This document shows positions 11,365-22,300 of a DNA stretch of 64,000 nt, piece after piece. Both the position numbers and the translations under genes were made by a program. Source of the DNA: an uncultured Verrucomicrobiae bacterium (lineage in GTDB: Bacteria; Verrucomicrobiota; Verrucomicrobiia; Chthoniobacterales; Chthoniobacteraceae); assembly GCA_963828525.1 (NCBI GenBank), contig CAWHEP010000002.1:448001-512000 (forward strand), written 5' to 3'. Position 1 is the first letter of the stretch, and each line of letters begins with the position of its first letter. Below the pieces are notes generated by a model that saw only the letters and a program-made list of their open reading frames with translations, did no database searches and was not told the origin of the DNA.

Positions 11365-12324
11365 TTAGTGACGCCGCCCATCCAACCCGCAATAGCCGTC
11401 AAAAAGCCCTCTGAGAACCCACCATACTCCCGCCCAGTCCCTCGACTTATTTTGCAGAAAACGGTTGCGCAGAAAGGCGGCGGCGCGAATCGAGGGGCGG
11501 AACAGTTTTACCCAAAGCGTCCCGTAGCGCAGGCTTAAAAGTGTGAGGGTATTCCGGACATAGTAATAATCCTTCCAGGTAATGGCCAGCGGGGACGATT
11601 CCTGGAGCTTGCGATGCATGATCGCGCCGTGCACGACAAAGGCGCTGAAGTGCTTCCGGCACCGCGCACTGTAATCCGTATCGTCCGCGATGATGAAAAA
11701 GTTCCGGTCCGGAAACCCGATCTGTTTAATGATTTCCAGCGGGATAAGCGGGCCTTCGAAAGTAAATCCTTCTACTTTCGTCCTGGCCTGGCCGTCGAGC
11801 ACCGCTTCCAGCACGGAACGCAACCGCACCGGCCCGTGATCTTTGAGTGGATGGGTGAAATCGAGATAGATCTGCTCGTTGCCCAGCGGGCGGCTGTCCG
11901 GTGTAAAACGCAACGGACAGAGAACCGTTGGCTCCGTCATCTCTTCCGCGCAGGAGAGAAGAGCCTGCAGGCACCCTGCGTCCGCGATCACATCGTCATC
12001 CATGCACCAGATCCAGTCATGGCCTTGCGCCGCCGCCTCCTTCATTCCGGTAAAGAAACCACCCGCTCCGCCAAAGTTTCCTTGGAGAATGGTTTGGAAG
12101 TCCTGCTGGTCCAGCCATGCCTGGCTTTCGTCCGTGCTGCCATTATTCACCACCAAGATCCGGTCGGGAGGCCGGGATTGCGCCCGCAGCGAGGCGATGC
12201 ACTCTTTCAGCATCTCCAGCCGATTGTAAGTGATCACGACCGCGCACACCGTTTTCGGAGCGTGCGCAACGGTGCTCACGCCATCTGTTTCTGCCCTGGC
12301 AAGCTCGGAGGGTAAACTCATCAT
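11365..12324 (-). CDS. Glycosyltransferase family 2 (GlfT1/rhamnosyltransferase-like)
   Basis: VCAVVITYNRLEMLKECI, VVNNGSTD, NFGGAGGF, WIWCMDDD, GFPDRNFFIIADDTDY and YYYVRN. Confidence 0.9.
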   Translation of the reverse strand: MMSLPSELARAETDGVSTVAHAPKTVCAVVITYNRLEMLKECIASLRAQSRPPDRILVVNNGSTDESQAWLDQQDFQTILQGNFGGAGGFFTGMKEAAAQGHDWIWCMDDDVIADAGCLQALLSCAEEMTEPTVLCPLRFTPDSRPLGNEQIYLDFTHPLKDHGPVRLRSVLEAVLDGQARTKVEGFTFEGPLIPLEIIKQIGFPDRNFFIIADDTDYSARCRKHFSAFVVHGAIMHRKLQESSPLAITWKDYYYVRNTLTLLSLRYGTLWVKLFRPSIRAAAFLRNRFLQNKSRDWAGVWWVLRGLFDGYCGLDGRRH

Positions 12325-13568
12325 AGATCTGTAGTCAGGACCGCCGGATCTTGGACGGGGAACAGCCGCCTGCCCCGCGGCGCGGAAAGCAGATTCTTCA
12401 GACGCACGCGCATTGGTTCCTCGAAGCGAAGGAAGATGGCCATGCTGGCGAGAGTGGTCAGCAGAAGAGTGATCGTAATGAGCAGAAGCAGGAATTGCAT
12501 CGGCGAGAAAACGCCCCCGCAAAACCGGGCCGGGCACAGCATGAGGAGGTACGAGAGGATCGGCATGTGAAAAAGATAGACGGCATAACTCGCGTTCCCC
12601 AGCAGCAGGGCGGCTCTAAAGGGAGGGTAGCCAAGCGCTGGCGCGGGCAGCATGGCCGCACCCGCAATGATACAGGCAAATCCCGGCAGGCACCAGGTGC
12701 CCATGGAAAAGATGAAGGGCAGGAAGAGCGAAGTGCCGACCCAGCCCGCCCCTGCGGCCAAAAGGAGAACTGCCCGGCGCTGTGGCGCGGCGCCGAGATG
12801 CGGCTTGAGCCCCGCACAAAGAATGGTTCCGGCGATGAACTCAACCACGCGCAGCAAGGGGAAATTCTCCACGATATGCTTCATCTGCATCCCGGTTCCC
12901 AGAGCCGGATCCCCTTGAGTCGCGGCCCACCAGGTCGAGTAATTCACCGCCCCTCCATACTTCACAAAAAACAGCGACGGCGCCACCAGTCCGGCCAGCC
13001 AGAGAAGAACCAGCCATGCTGCCACGCGCTTCAAACTTTTCCCGGAAAAATGGCGGGTCACAAGGGGCAACAGCCACGGAAGCGAGCAGTAGAAGAAAGC
13101 CTCGCAAGAAAGCGTCCATCCCGGACCATTCCAGAATCCCGCAATCTTCGGATACCATGACTGAGTCAGAGTCAAAACCATCAGGCCTTTTATGACTTGG
13201 AAGAGATGAAAACCTTCCCCCCGGATGGTGACAATCAGAACGGGAAGGCTGAATAACAGCGCGAGATAATAGACTGGCAAAATCCGGGCGGCCCGGGCCG
13301 TGAGATACCCTTTGATGGAGGAGATGACCGGGTAATTCCACACCAGAATAAACCCGGAAAGCATAAAGAAGAACGAAACACCCAGATACCCGCGATCCAC
13401 AAACATCCCGACCGGGGTGTGAACGATGCGTGAGATGTCCGCCATGGAACCCACCTTTAGCCAGCAATGAAGCGCCACGACCCAGACGGCGGCGGGATAG
13501 CGCAGCGCCGTGAGCCACGGGAGCGGGGCGGGCCGGTGTGCACTGGTATCTTGAATTGCGGCAGACAT
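12321..13568 (-). CDS. Membrane-bound O-acyltransferase (Acyl_transf_3)
   Basis: LTALRYPAAVWVVALH, GYLGVSFFFMLSGFIL, RAARILPVY, WTLSCEAFFY and LGNASYAVYLFH. Confidence 0.92.
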   Translation of the reverse strand: MSAAIQDTSAHRPAPLPWLTALRYPAAVWVVALHCWLKVGSMADISRIVHTPVGMFVDRGYLGVSFFFMLSGFILVWNYPVISSIKGYLTARAARILPVYYLALLFSLPVLIVTIRGEGFHLFQVIKGLMVLTLTQSWYPKIAGFWNGPGWTLSCEAFFYCSLPWLLPLVTRHFSGKSLKRVAAWLVLLWLAGLVAPSLFFVKYGGAVNYSTWWAATQGDPALGTGMQMKHIVENFPLLRVVEFIAGTILCAGLKPHLGAAPQRRAVLLLAAGAGWVGTSLFLPFIFSMGTWCLPGFACIIAGAAMLPAPALGYPPFRAALLLGNASYAVYLFHMPILSYLLMLCPARFCGGVFSPMQFLLLLITITLLLTTLASMAIFLRFEEPMRVRLKNLLSAPRGRRLFPVQDPAVLTTDL

Positions 13569-13590
13569 CGAATGGTCTTTCTAGTTGGTT

Positions 13591-14760
13591 TTAAACGGCT
13601 TGCTTGGTGCGTTGCGGGCCGAATGCCGGAATGGCGCATTTCGTCTCCTGCTTGCGCAGAAAGATTCGGGAGAAATCCAAAGCTTCCCCGATAATTTGGT
13701 CCATATCGAGATACCGGTAAGTGGCGAGCCTTCCGACAAACGAAGTCTTCTCCACTTCGTTGGCCATTTCCATGTACCGGCTTAGAAGGGCACGGTCCGG
13801 CGCGAGCCCCTTGGGATAGAAGGGCGTGTCCGCGGCGGTCGTCTCCTTGCTGTATTCGCGGAAGGCGATGCTGTTCTCATGCGTTTCCCAAGGCGCGAAA
13901 TGCTTGTGCTCGTGCATGCGCGTGAATGGGACATCCGGTTCCGGATAATTGATCACCGCGTTGCCCAGCAGATCCCCCTTGCCGCGATAGCCCTCGAACT
14001 CCACCGTGCGGTAGCCGAGCCGGCCATGGCAGTAATCAAAAAAACCGTCGATCGATCCAGAGCAGAAACAGTGCTGGCACTCGGCCAGCATGCCGCGATC
14101 AAATACTTTCCCTAACTCTACGGTAATAGAAGGATGATCGAGCATCTGTTCGATCACAGCGGTATATCCCTCCTTCGGGATGGCCTGGAAGCGGGTGCCG
14201 TAGTAGTTGTCGTCGTAGTTAAAGCGAATCGGCAGCCGCTTGAGGATGGAGGCCGGCAACTCGCGCGGCTCGCAGCCCCATTGCTTCCTGGTGTACCCGT
14301 AGAAAAAAGTCTCGTAGAGTTCCCGCCCGAGCATCTTAAGAGCTTGTTCCTCGAAGTTCGCCGGTTCGCCGATGGATGGGTCTCCCAGCGAGCCCACGAA
14401 CTCGCGCGCTTCGCCCGGCGTCAATCGTTTCCCGAAGAATTGGTTGATCGTGTGCAGGTTGATCGGCATCGAAAAGACGCCGCGTCCCGTAGAGGCCTTC
14501 ACCCGGTTGGTGAACGGCATCCATTCTCCGAAACGCTGGATGTAATGCCACACGTCTTCGTGATTGGTATTGAAGATATGCGGTCCATACCGATGCACCA
14601 TCACGCCCGTCTCAGCGTCTCGTTCCGTGTGGCAATTGCCCGCCAGGTGCGAGCGGCTCTCGAGTACGCGCACCCTGCAGGCAGAGTGTTCCGCGATTTC
14701 CCGCGCCAGGACCGCGCCGCTGAAACCTGCCCCTGCGATGAGAATCTCGGAATGCGCCAT
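13591..14760 (-). CDS. glf: UDP-galactopyranose mutase
   Basis: IAGAGFSG, HRYGPHIFNT, YGYTRKQWG, TRMHEHKHF and GRLATYRYLDMDQ. Confidence 0.97.
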   Translation of the reverse strand: MAHSEILIAGAGFSGAVLAREIAEHSACRVRVLESRSHLAGNCHTERDAETGVMVHRYGPHIFNTNHEDVWHYIQRFGEWMPFTNRVKASTGRGVFSMPINLHTINQFFGKRLTPGEAREFVGSLGDPSIGEPANFEEQALKMLGRELYETFFYGYTRKQWGCEPRELPASILKRLPIRFNYDDNYYGTRFQAIPKEGYTAVIEQMLDHPSITVELGKVFDRGMLAECQHCFCSGSIDGFFDYCHGRLGYRTVEFEGYRGKGDLLGNAVINYPEPDVPFTRMHEHKHFAPWETHENSIAFREYSKETTAADTPFYPKGLAPDRALLSRYMEMANEVEKTSFVGRLATYRYLDMDQIIGEALDFSRIFLRKQETKCAIPAFGPQRTKQAV

Positions 14761-14765
14761 GGTTG

Positions 14766-16220
14766 CTACACTTCAGGCAAATTGGATGCATCGGGAGGCA
14801 GGGAAGCATCGTCCCCTGCCTCGGAGTAAGCGTCCGAAGCCAAAGGGCCTGCACCGCCGCCCGCGATCGCGCCGGGCAAGGCCGCCCGGTAGGAAAACAC
14901 CATGCAGGCCACGAGGATCAATACCTCGCTGCCAATGTTAATAATCGAGGCGCCGAGCATCCCGAACCTGGGGATCAGCAGCAGGTTCAACAGCAGCGAA
15001 AGAGCGGCGGTAATGCTCATGATGACCAGCATGGTGCGATCTTTCCCCAGGGCCCACAGGCCCCAGCCGAAGATTCCGTTCAGGAGCACCACGAACTTGG
15101 AGGCAATCAGGAAACAGCAAGGCAGGGCCGCATCCCGGAACCGCTCGCCGAACACATAGGGGTAAGTCATCGGCACGACCACGAACGTGGCCACGATGGC
15201 GGGGACGGAGAGAAGCAAGATGACTTTCGCCACATTCAACTGCTTCTCCCAGAGATGGCCCGCGCCAAGTTTGGACCATTCGATCATCCTGGGGTAGAGC
15301 AGCGCCGGCAGCAGAGCCAGCAGCGGCTGCACCGCTCCCACTACCTGGATGGCGCTCCGGTAGCGTCCCAGTTCCTCCACCGAGCGCAGCCAGCCGATCA
15401 AAGGCCACTCCAGGCAGGTGTAGCAGTAAATCACGATGGCGCTCAGGAAAAGATAACGCCCGCGCCAGAGGCGGTTCAGCCCCTGCCGCGCCATGGAAAG
15501 GGAGATCGAGGGCTGGTGTTTTTGCGGCATGGCCGCGCGCCACATTAAGACTCCAATGGTGATTGCGACCGCGGCGTTGATGACCAAATCGCTGCCGGCT
15601 GGCGAGGTATGGCGCAGCAGCGCGAAGGAAAGCAGCGCCGAACCCACTGCCCCGATGGCCGCGATACGTTGTTGCGCCACCTGGTCTTCCTGCGCCTGCA
15701 GAAGCCAGTCGCACGTGCCGGCGTTGGCGACCAGCATGGCCATGCCCATGGTGGTCGAGAGCCACCAATTGACCGGCAGCTTCAGGCAAAGTGCGATGGC
15801 CGCCCAAATGGCGGAGAGCAGAAGCGCACAGCCGAGGCGGTAGCTGAGCGTCTCCGACACGAGGCGCTCGTTGCCTGCGGGGCCGTGCTGGTCGGATTTG
15901 TATTCCCGCACCAGTTGCGGCGTCAGGCCGAATTGCACGAGCAGCGCCGCCTGGGAGTAGAACGCCGTCGCCATCCCGGAGATGCCGAGCTTCTGCGGGC
16001 CCATGCAGCGCGTAGTCCAGATTCCGCCGGCGGCCGCGGCGGCGATGCTCGCCATCCGCCAGAAGCCCATTTGGAAAAGCTTTTTGACCAGGCGTTGGGT
16101 AGCGCCCGGTTCGACGGTGGGGGCGGCGGTGGCGCCGCTCCGTTCTTGACCGCCGGGCAGCGCGAACTTGAGAATCCCTGCCGGCGTTCTAGCCGTTGGC
16201 AGTTGCCGTCCCATAGACAC
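14766..16220 (-). CDS. Second Wzx-type flippase (MOP superfamily)
   Basis: About 12-14 TM segments, QFGLTPQLVRE, WLLQAQE, ELGRYRSA and LLNLLLIPRFGMLGASI. Confidence 0.85.
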   Translation of the reverse strand: MSMGRQLPTARTPAGILKFALPGGQERSGATAAPTVEPGATQRLVKKLFQMGFWRMASIAAAAAGGIWTTRCMGPQKLGISGMATAFYSQAALLVQFGLTPQLVREYKSDQHGPAGNERLVSETLSYRLGCALLLSAIWAAIALCLKLPVNWWLSTTMGMAMLVANAGTCDWLLQAQEDQVAQQRIAAIGAVGSALLSFALLRHTSPAGSDLVINAAVAITIGVLMWRAAMPQKHQPSISLSMARQGLNRLWRGRYLFLSAIVIYCYTCLEWPLIGWLRSVEELGRYRSAIQVVGAVQPLLALLPALLYPRMIEWSKLGAGHLWEKQLNVAKVILLLSVPAIVATFVVVPMTYPYVFGERFRDAALPCCFLIASKFVVLLNGIFGWGLWALGKDRTMLVIMSITAALSLLLNLLLIPRFGMLGASIINIGSEVLILVACMVFSYRAALPGAIAGGGAGPLASDAYSEAGDDASLPPDASNLPEV

Positions 16221-18320
16221 CCTTTTTCCCGTATTCTCCGCTGTAGTAATAGTAGTAGCTGTGGTCGCGCTGGGAGATGTGGTTCAGGACGACCCCCGTG
16301 GGCTTGGCGCCCGCGTTTTCGATCAGCTTGCAGGCCCTTTGCACGGAGGGCGCGGGGGTCTTGCCCGCATGAATGACAAGGCAGATCGACTTTACCTTTT
16401 TCACCAGCAGCAGCGTGTCGCTCACGGCATGGACCGGCGCGGTATCGATCACGACCCAGTTGAACATTCCGGCGACGTCCTTCAGCAGCTTGTTGAGCTG
16501 CGGGCTGGCCAGCAATTCCGCCGGGTTCGAGACGCGCGGCGCCCGCGGCCAGCACGGTCAGGTTCGGGATATCCGGGATCGTCCGCACGATTCCTCCAGG
16601 GTCGACTGACCGGTCAGCACCGTGTTCAGTCCCAGTTTCGGCTGCAGCCCGAGCAGCGTTTGCGCCACCGTCGGCAGGCGCAAATCCGAGTCGATCAACA
16701 GCGTGGGCTGGCCGAGCTGGGCGAGCGAGATCGCGTAATTCACCGCGCAGAAAGTCTTGCCCTCGCCCGGGACCGCGCTGGTGAAAAGGATCATGTTCCG
16801 CTCTGTCTCCCCGGTCTGGATGGAGAGCGAAGTGCGCAGGGTGCGGAAGGCCTCGGCAATGGCGCCAGAGGGGTCCTGATTGACCAGGAAACGGCTTTCC
16901 GGAGGCCGGTTTCACCATGTTGCGGCACGGCTGCCAGCGCCGGCAGGCCCAGCGCGAATTCCGCCGCATCCACCGAGCGGAAGGAGGAATCCACGCGAAG
17001 TCAGCGCGAAAATCACGCACCAGCCGAGCATGAGACCGCCCAGGACGGAGGCCAGGATCACCAGCAGCTTCTTCGGCTTCGAAGGGCTTCTGTGGCAACA
17101 GGGCCGGCGTTGACGACCCGGATGTCGTTAGAGCCGATTTCCCGGGTCACCTCGGTTTCCTTCAGCCGCATGCGCACGGCATCGTAGAGCTGCCGGTTGG
17201 CCTCCACCTCGTCGCGCAAGGCGTTATAGGGGATTGCCACCTTGTCGTTGGCGAGCTTCGCCTTCTCCATTACCTTCAGGTCGGCCTCGAAGTTGTCGTC
17301 CGTCTGGCGTGCGGCCTCCACCGCGGTGGCCAATCCTTGCGCCGCCTGCACCGTGGCGCGGGCCAGCGCGGCCTTCAGCCCCGCTAGTTGCGCCTGAGCC
17401 TGGATGTACGCGGGATGCTTCGGCCGGTACCGCTTGGAAATCTCCGCCGCATTCGCTTCCGAATCCGACACGCTTTTCTGGATCTGCAGCACCGCCGGAT
17501 CGCTGCTCACGCTGGAGATGCTCAGCAATTGGCTCACCTTGTCCTCGCCGGTTCCGCTGCTCAGGACTCGCTGCACCTGCGCGTAGTCGGACTGGACCTT
17601 GAATAAATCCTGTTTAGCATCGTTCAGCTTATTGTTTAAGGCCAGCAGCTTGTCGTCGATGAACGTCTGGCTGTTCTCCAGCGCCACCCCCGGGTGCTGG
17701 TCCTTGAAGGCCTGCGCCTCCTGCTCCGCGATCTGCACCTGGCTTTTCAGCCGGTCGGATTCTTCCAGCAGGAACTTGTTGGCCTCGCCGGAGAGGCCTG
17801 CCCGCTGCGCGATATTGATGCGGGTGTACTCTTTCAGGATTTCTCCGGAAATCTGCTGGGCCAGCGCGGGGCTCCGGTTGCTGGCCGTAATGTTGATCAG
17901 GCGCGTGCCGCGCACCAGTTTCACGGACACGTTGTTGTTCAGGGCGTCCACCCGTTCGCCATCGGTGTAGGCCGGGCCGTCGGGCTTCGGTTTCAAGCCC
18001 AAGTCGTCGTCGGTCAGTTTCAGGCTCTGGATCACCCCCAGCAGCAGCGGCGGACCCGGTCAGATTCGTCTCGATCGTCTTCAAGACCTCCGTCTGCTTC
18101 AGGTCCTGGGTGTTGATATCCTCGATCTTGACGAATTTGCTTTCCTCCTGCTCCACCTGCACCACCGTGGTGGCGGAGTAAGTCTTCGGGGTAATCGACG
18201 ATGTAGAGAGCGCCGAGCAGGACGGTGGCGGCCAGGCAGCCGATCATGACCCACTTGCGGTCGAGTGATCGTGTAAAAGAGCTTCCGGAAATCGATCTCG
18301 CTCTCCTTCGATTCCGCCAT
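16189..18320 (-). CDS. wzc: Wzc polysaccharide co-polymerase / tyrosine autokinase, frameshifted
   Basis: EIDFRKLFY, YRPKHPAY, coiled coil, AEAFRTLRTS, Walker A SAVPGEGKT, LLIDSDLR, VVIDTAP and the C-terminal Tyr cluster YYYYYSGEY. Confidence 0.92.
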
Positions 18321-18357
18321 GGAGTTGTTATTTGGAGTTTCTGGTCATGTGTGCCCT

Positions 18358-19040
18358 TTAAAAAATGCTCTCGGATACCGTGATGACGTCGTCGGCTTGG
18401 ATCTCGAAGGAATCGCTCGAGCAGCCGCCCGCCGCCATCTTTTTGGCGTTGAATGATAGATCATCTGCTGGTTCTTGACTTTCCGCTTCACCGCGACATT
18501 CGAGGGGTTGGCCACGCGCGTGTAGCCGCCCGCCATGCCGATCGCCTCCAGCAGCGAGACGGAGGACCGGTCCGGAATGTCATAGGAACCCGGCTTCTGC
18601 ACTTCGCCCAGCACCGTAAAGCTGCGGCGCGCATACTCGATGACTCGCAGCCCGACGTGAGGATTTACCAGGTAGTCCTTATTCAGTAGATTCTGGATGA
18701 GTTTCGCGGCCGCCAGCGGGGAGAGGCCGCCCACCTTCACGCGGTCGATCAAGGGGAAGACGACCGCTCCATCCTGCGCCACCCGCAGCGTGGAATCCAT
18801 GTCCGGTTCCTGGAAGACTTTTACCTCGATGAGATCGCCCGGCATCAGGATGTGATCGTCCGCGTCCGCAGCTGGAGCGGCGGCCTCGCGCCCTGGGCGG
18901 GAGCGGCCGCGGCCGCGGCTGCTCTGGTCGAAATACCGGCGCGCGGCAGGGGCGTCCGGCGGCGCGGCCAGAAGGGTGGCGGGGGCGAGCAGGCAGGCGG
19001 CGGCCAGGACTCGCAGCAGCGGTTTAAGGAAAGAAGTCAT
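18358..19040 (-). CDS. wza: Polysaccharide export protein Wza (Poly_export + SLBB)
   Basis: LMPGDLIEVKVFQEPDM, VVFPLIDRVKVGG, YLVNPHV, VLGEVQKPGSY and LLEAIGMAGGYT. Confidence 0.9.
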
Positions 19041-19052
19041 GTTGGGCACAGA

Positions 19053-20533
19053 TTAGAACAAGAGATCGAGATCGAGGGTTGCGCGGTTGTCGTCGAAGTT
19101 GAAACGCTCCAGCGGAAGAATCGTCGTGCGAGTAATTATAGGCCAGGGTGACTGCCAGATGCGCGGTCAGGTGGAAGCCGAGGAAGCGCCAAGCTGAAGC
19201 CCATCGTCCGTGCGCTGCACATCGCCGCAGCCGCCCTCGGTCCCGTAAGCGTCATTCGCCATAGCCGCCATGCAAGGTAGAGTGACCTTTTTCCATAGCT
19301 CCTGCGAGACCGACAGGGTGAAGCCGGTGTTGACGATATTCTGGCCGACGTATTCGGCGGAATTCGTCACGAGGCGCGAGGCGGAGAGTCGGAGGTTGTC
19401 CCCTCGAAGGGCTCATAATCGACCTCCAGGCCGAAGACCGGGTTCGTCTCCGTGCCTGCCCCGGAAAATTGGCGGAACTCGACGCCGCCAAAGAGGTTGG
19501 CCGAAAGGTGCGCGCCCGGTATCGTAGGTCACGCGGGTCAGGATTTGCTCATAGGTTTGGTCCGGGCCGGAATCGACCGCCACATAGCCGAACGTGGCCC
19601 CGGCGGAGATGTTCGTCTTCGGCATGACCTGGTAGTTCAGGTAATTCCGGTCGATCCATTCCGAGGAGCCGACCAGGCCGCTTTGGTTGTAATGGTGGGT
19701 GATCACGTTCAGGTCCGCCTCCACGGATGTCCGCGCGCTGAACGTCATAGCGGGAATCCACGGCCATATTGAACTCGGACTGCCGGACGCGCGTCCCGGA
19801 GTCCTGGAGCGCTTCCGAGAAGAGGCGGTAATTGCGCCCGCACATCGGTCACCAGGCCGCCGAAGAGCCAGCGCGCCGCCGATGCGTGGCGTCATGATCG
19901 AACGTGTTTTCGCTCGTGAGTTCTTGAGAAAGGCCGTGTATCCCGGCGTGTAACTGGCGAAAGAGAAACGAGCGCAGGTCGTAATCCGCGCTCCGCAGGC
20001 CCTCGTAGGTCTCCTGGAACGCGCCCAACTGCGTGAGCTGGTCGCGGAAATCGCCCCAGCCGACGCCACAGCCCGCGCCACGCGGTTGTATACAGATCGG
20101 CCTTCCGTTGGTCGGGGTAATAAAAATGTTGTCATCATAGGTCGTGATGACCTCGGACGATGGGCGCCACGTCCGGCCGGCCGATGCTCTGTTTGCGCGA
20201 CCCGTTGATGTCGACTTCCGGCGCACTCGGCGCGGGCGCAGGCGCGGGCGTGTTGTGGGAGGTTTCCTGGGGAGGACCGGCGTGCGGCAGGGGCTCCTCG
20301 GGCAGGTAATGGTTCGGCCCGAGCTGCGTCCGGCTCGGTCCAGGTAATCCCGGGGCTCGGTTGTGCCGGAACAGGGTAGCGCCGCCGGACAGATCCGAAG
20401 AGCGCCCTGCCGGAAAATCCCGGCGAAGCCAGACCAGCGGAAGGACACGAAGCCCCGGCCGACTTCCGCGCCTGCGTTCGCTCCTTACTTCCTTTTGTTC
20501 CTGCTGTTCCATAGGGGTGCTCGGATCGGCCAT
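19053..20533 (-). CDS. Outer-membrane beta-barrel associated with EPS export (EpsL/BBP2-like), frameshifted
   Basis: TTYDDNIFI, ASYTPGYTAF, alternating beta-strand segments, C-terminal ..DLDLLF* ending in Phe; sits between wza and the priming transferase. Confidence 0.65.
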
Positions 20534-20536
20534 GCT

Positions 20537-22047
20537 TTAATACGCGTTCTGCCGCCGGATAAAGTCATCAGCATTACCTGAAAATCGAGAAGAACATTCC
20601 AATTTTCCAAGATAATAAAGATCGGCGCGGATGCGCTCGGCCAGGTCGGTATCGCCGCGCAGCCCCTTCACCTGGGCCCAGCCGGTGATGCCGGGCTTGG
20701 CATTATGGCGCGCATTGTAATGGGGAATGTCGTCCTGGAAGTTCTCGATCAGCTCCGGCCGCTCGGGCCGCGGGCCGACCAGGCTCATCTCGCCTTTAAG
20801 CACATTCCAGAACTGCGGCACCTCGTCGATATTCCACCTGCGCATGAAAGCGCCGACCCGCAGCCGGCGCGGATCGTCCTTCACGCACCAGCGCGCGCCG
20901 GTGTCGCTTTCCGCATCCAGCTTCATGCTGCGGATCTTGATGATCTCGAAGGTCTGTCCGTTCCGGCCCATGCGCCGCTGCCGGTAAAAAATCGGGCCGG
21001 GCGATTCCGCCCAGACGATCGAAGCCGAAGATGGCGATCATCGGGACGGAAACGATCAACCCGACGATCGCGCCCAGGATATCGAGCACTCGTTTCAGCA
21101 GGAAATTCGTGGGCACATCCAGCGGCAATTGCGACACCCCGAGCACCGGGACTCCGCTGACCGTTTCCATATGCAGGCCGGAGACCAGGATCTGGAAATA
21201 GGAAGGGATGATCTTGAACTGGATCATCGCCCTCTCGCAAAGGTTGGCCAGGCCCACGATCTCGCCCTTCACGCAATCCACATCGCTCAGGAGGACCATG
21301 TTGATGTCCTGCTCCTGGAAGATCGCCGCCAGGTCTGAATACTCGCCCAGCACCGGCACGTCCGGTTTCACGCGGAACTGCGAGCCCGGAGGAGGGGACA
21401 CAGCCGACCACTTCATAGGGATGGACGGCGTCGGTCTCAAAGCTGTTGCTCAGCTGCTGCGACTCCTCATTCCAGCCTACGAACAGCACCCGCTGCCGGA
21501 GATTGACCGCCGTGCGCGATTGCTGGAGCACCCGGTGGAAGACGTAGCGCCACCCCAGCAGGCCCGTTGTCACGGTGCAGGCGGAGATGACGACGTAAAT
21601 GCGCGAAATGGGCGGCTGGAACTTGAACATGAGCGAAACGCCCAGGAAGCAGACGAACCATAAGGAGCAGGCCTTCACGATCCGCTCCGCCGTGGGCCGG
21701 AAACGCAGGAGGCGGCGGCTGTCGTAAACCTCGAAATAGCTTAACGCGGTAAGCAGCGAGAAGGCGCCGAAAAGGATGTACCCAGCGTAATCTCTCAGGG
21801 TCAGCTTGGCTGGGACGCCGATTTCGTGCATGGCGGTATTAAACCGTAGCCAAAACGCAACGAGCAGCCCGCAGGTCAGCACGAAGGCATCCAGCACCAG
21901 CGCCGTGAGCAGCAGCCGCTCGGCCAGATTCGTGTTTTTCCGCTCCGTGGGGAGCCAGCGGCGAATCGCGTCGGCTCCCAGAAGCCGGGACGCGGGGTCC
22001 AGAACGAAGCGAGGAGCCCGTGCCTCCCCCATCCATACCACCACCAT
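20537..22047 (-). CDS. Undecaprenyl-phosphate hexose phosphotransferase (priming GT, WcaJ-like), frameshifted
   Basis: LKRVLDILGA, KIRSMKLDAE, DDPRRLRVGAFMRRWNIDEVPQFWNVLKGEMSLVGPRPERP and KPGITGWAQV. Confidence 0.92.
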
Positions 22048-22131
22048 CTTTTCTCAGTTGCAGCATTTCCCTATTCTCCCTGTTGTTCCGCCCGGATTTA
22101 TCCCCGGGAAGAGGTTTTTCGATTCGCCGTA

Positions 22132-22160
22132 GGCTTAATCGGGGTTGTTCCCCCTGTCAA
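22132..22160 (-). promoter_or_regulatory. Possible sigma70 promoter of the EPS cluster
   Basis: Minus strand TTGACA (22160-22155), 17 nt, then TAAGCC, about 90 bp upstream of the first gene. The -10 element is weak. Confidence 0.35.
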
Positions 22161-22300
22161 GCGTCGACTGAAATTTCAATATCTTATCACAACCTCCATG
22201 CTGCCCGAAGGGCTGCGGAGATGGTGTCTGGGAGTTGGGAACGGGCACAGAATAGTCAGAATCGGGCCACTTGCAACCCGCATTTGGGCCCTTTGCTGGA

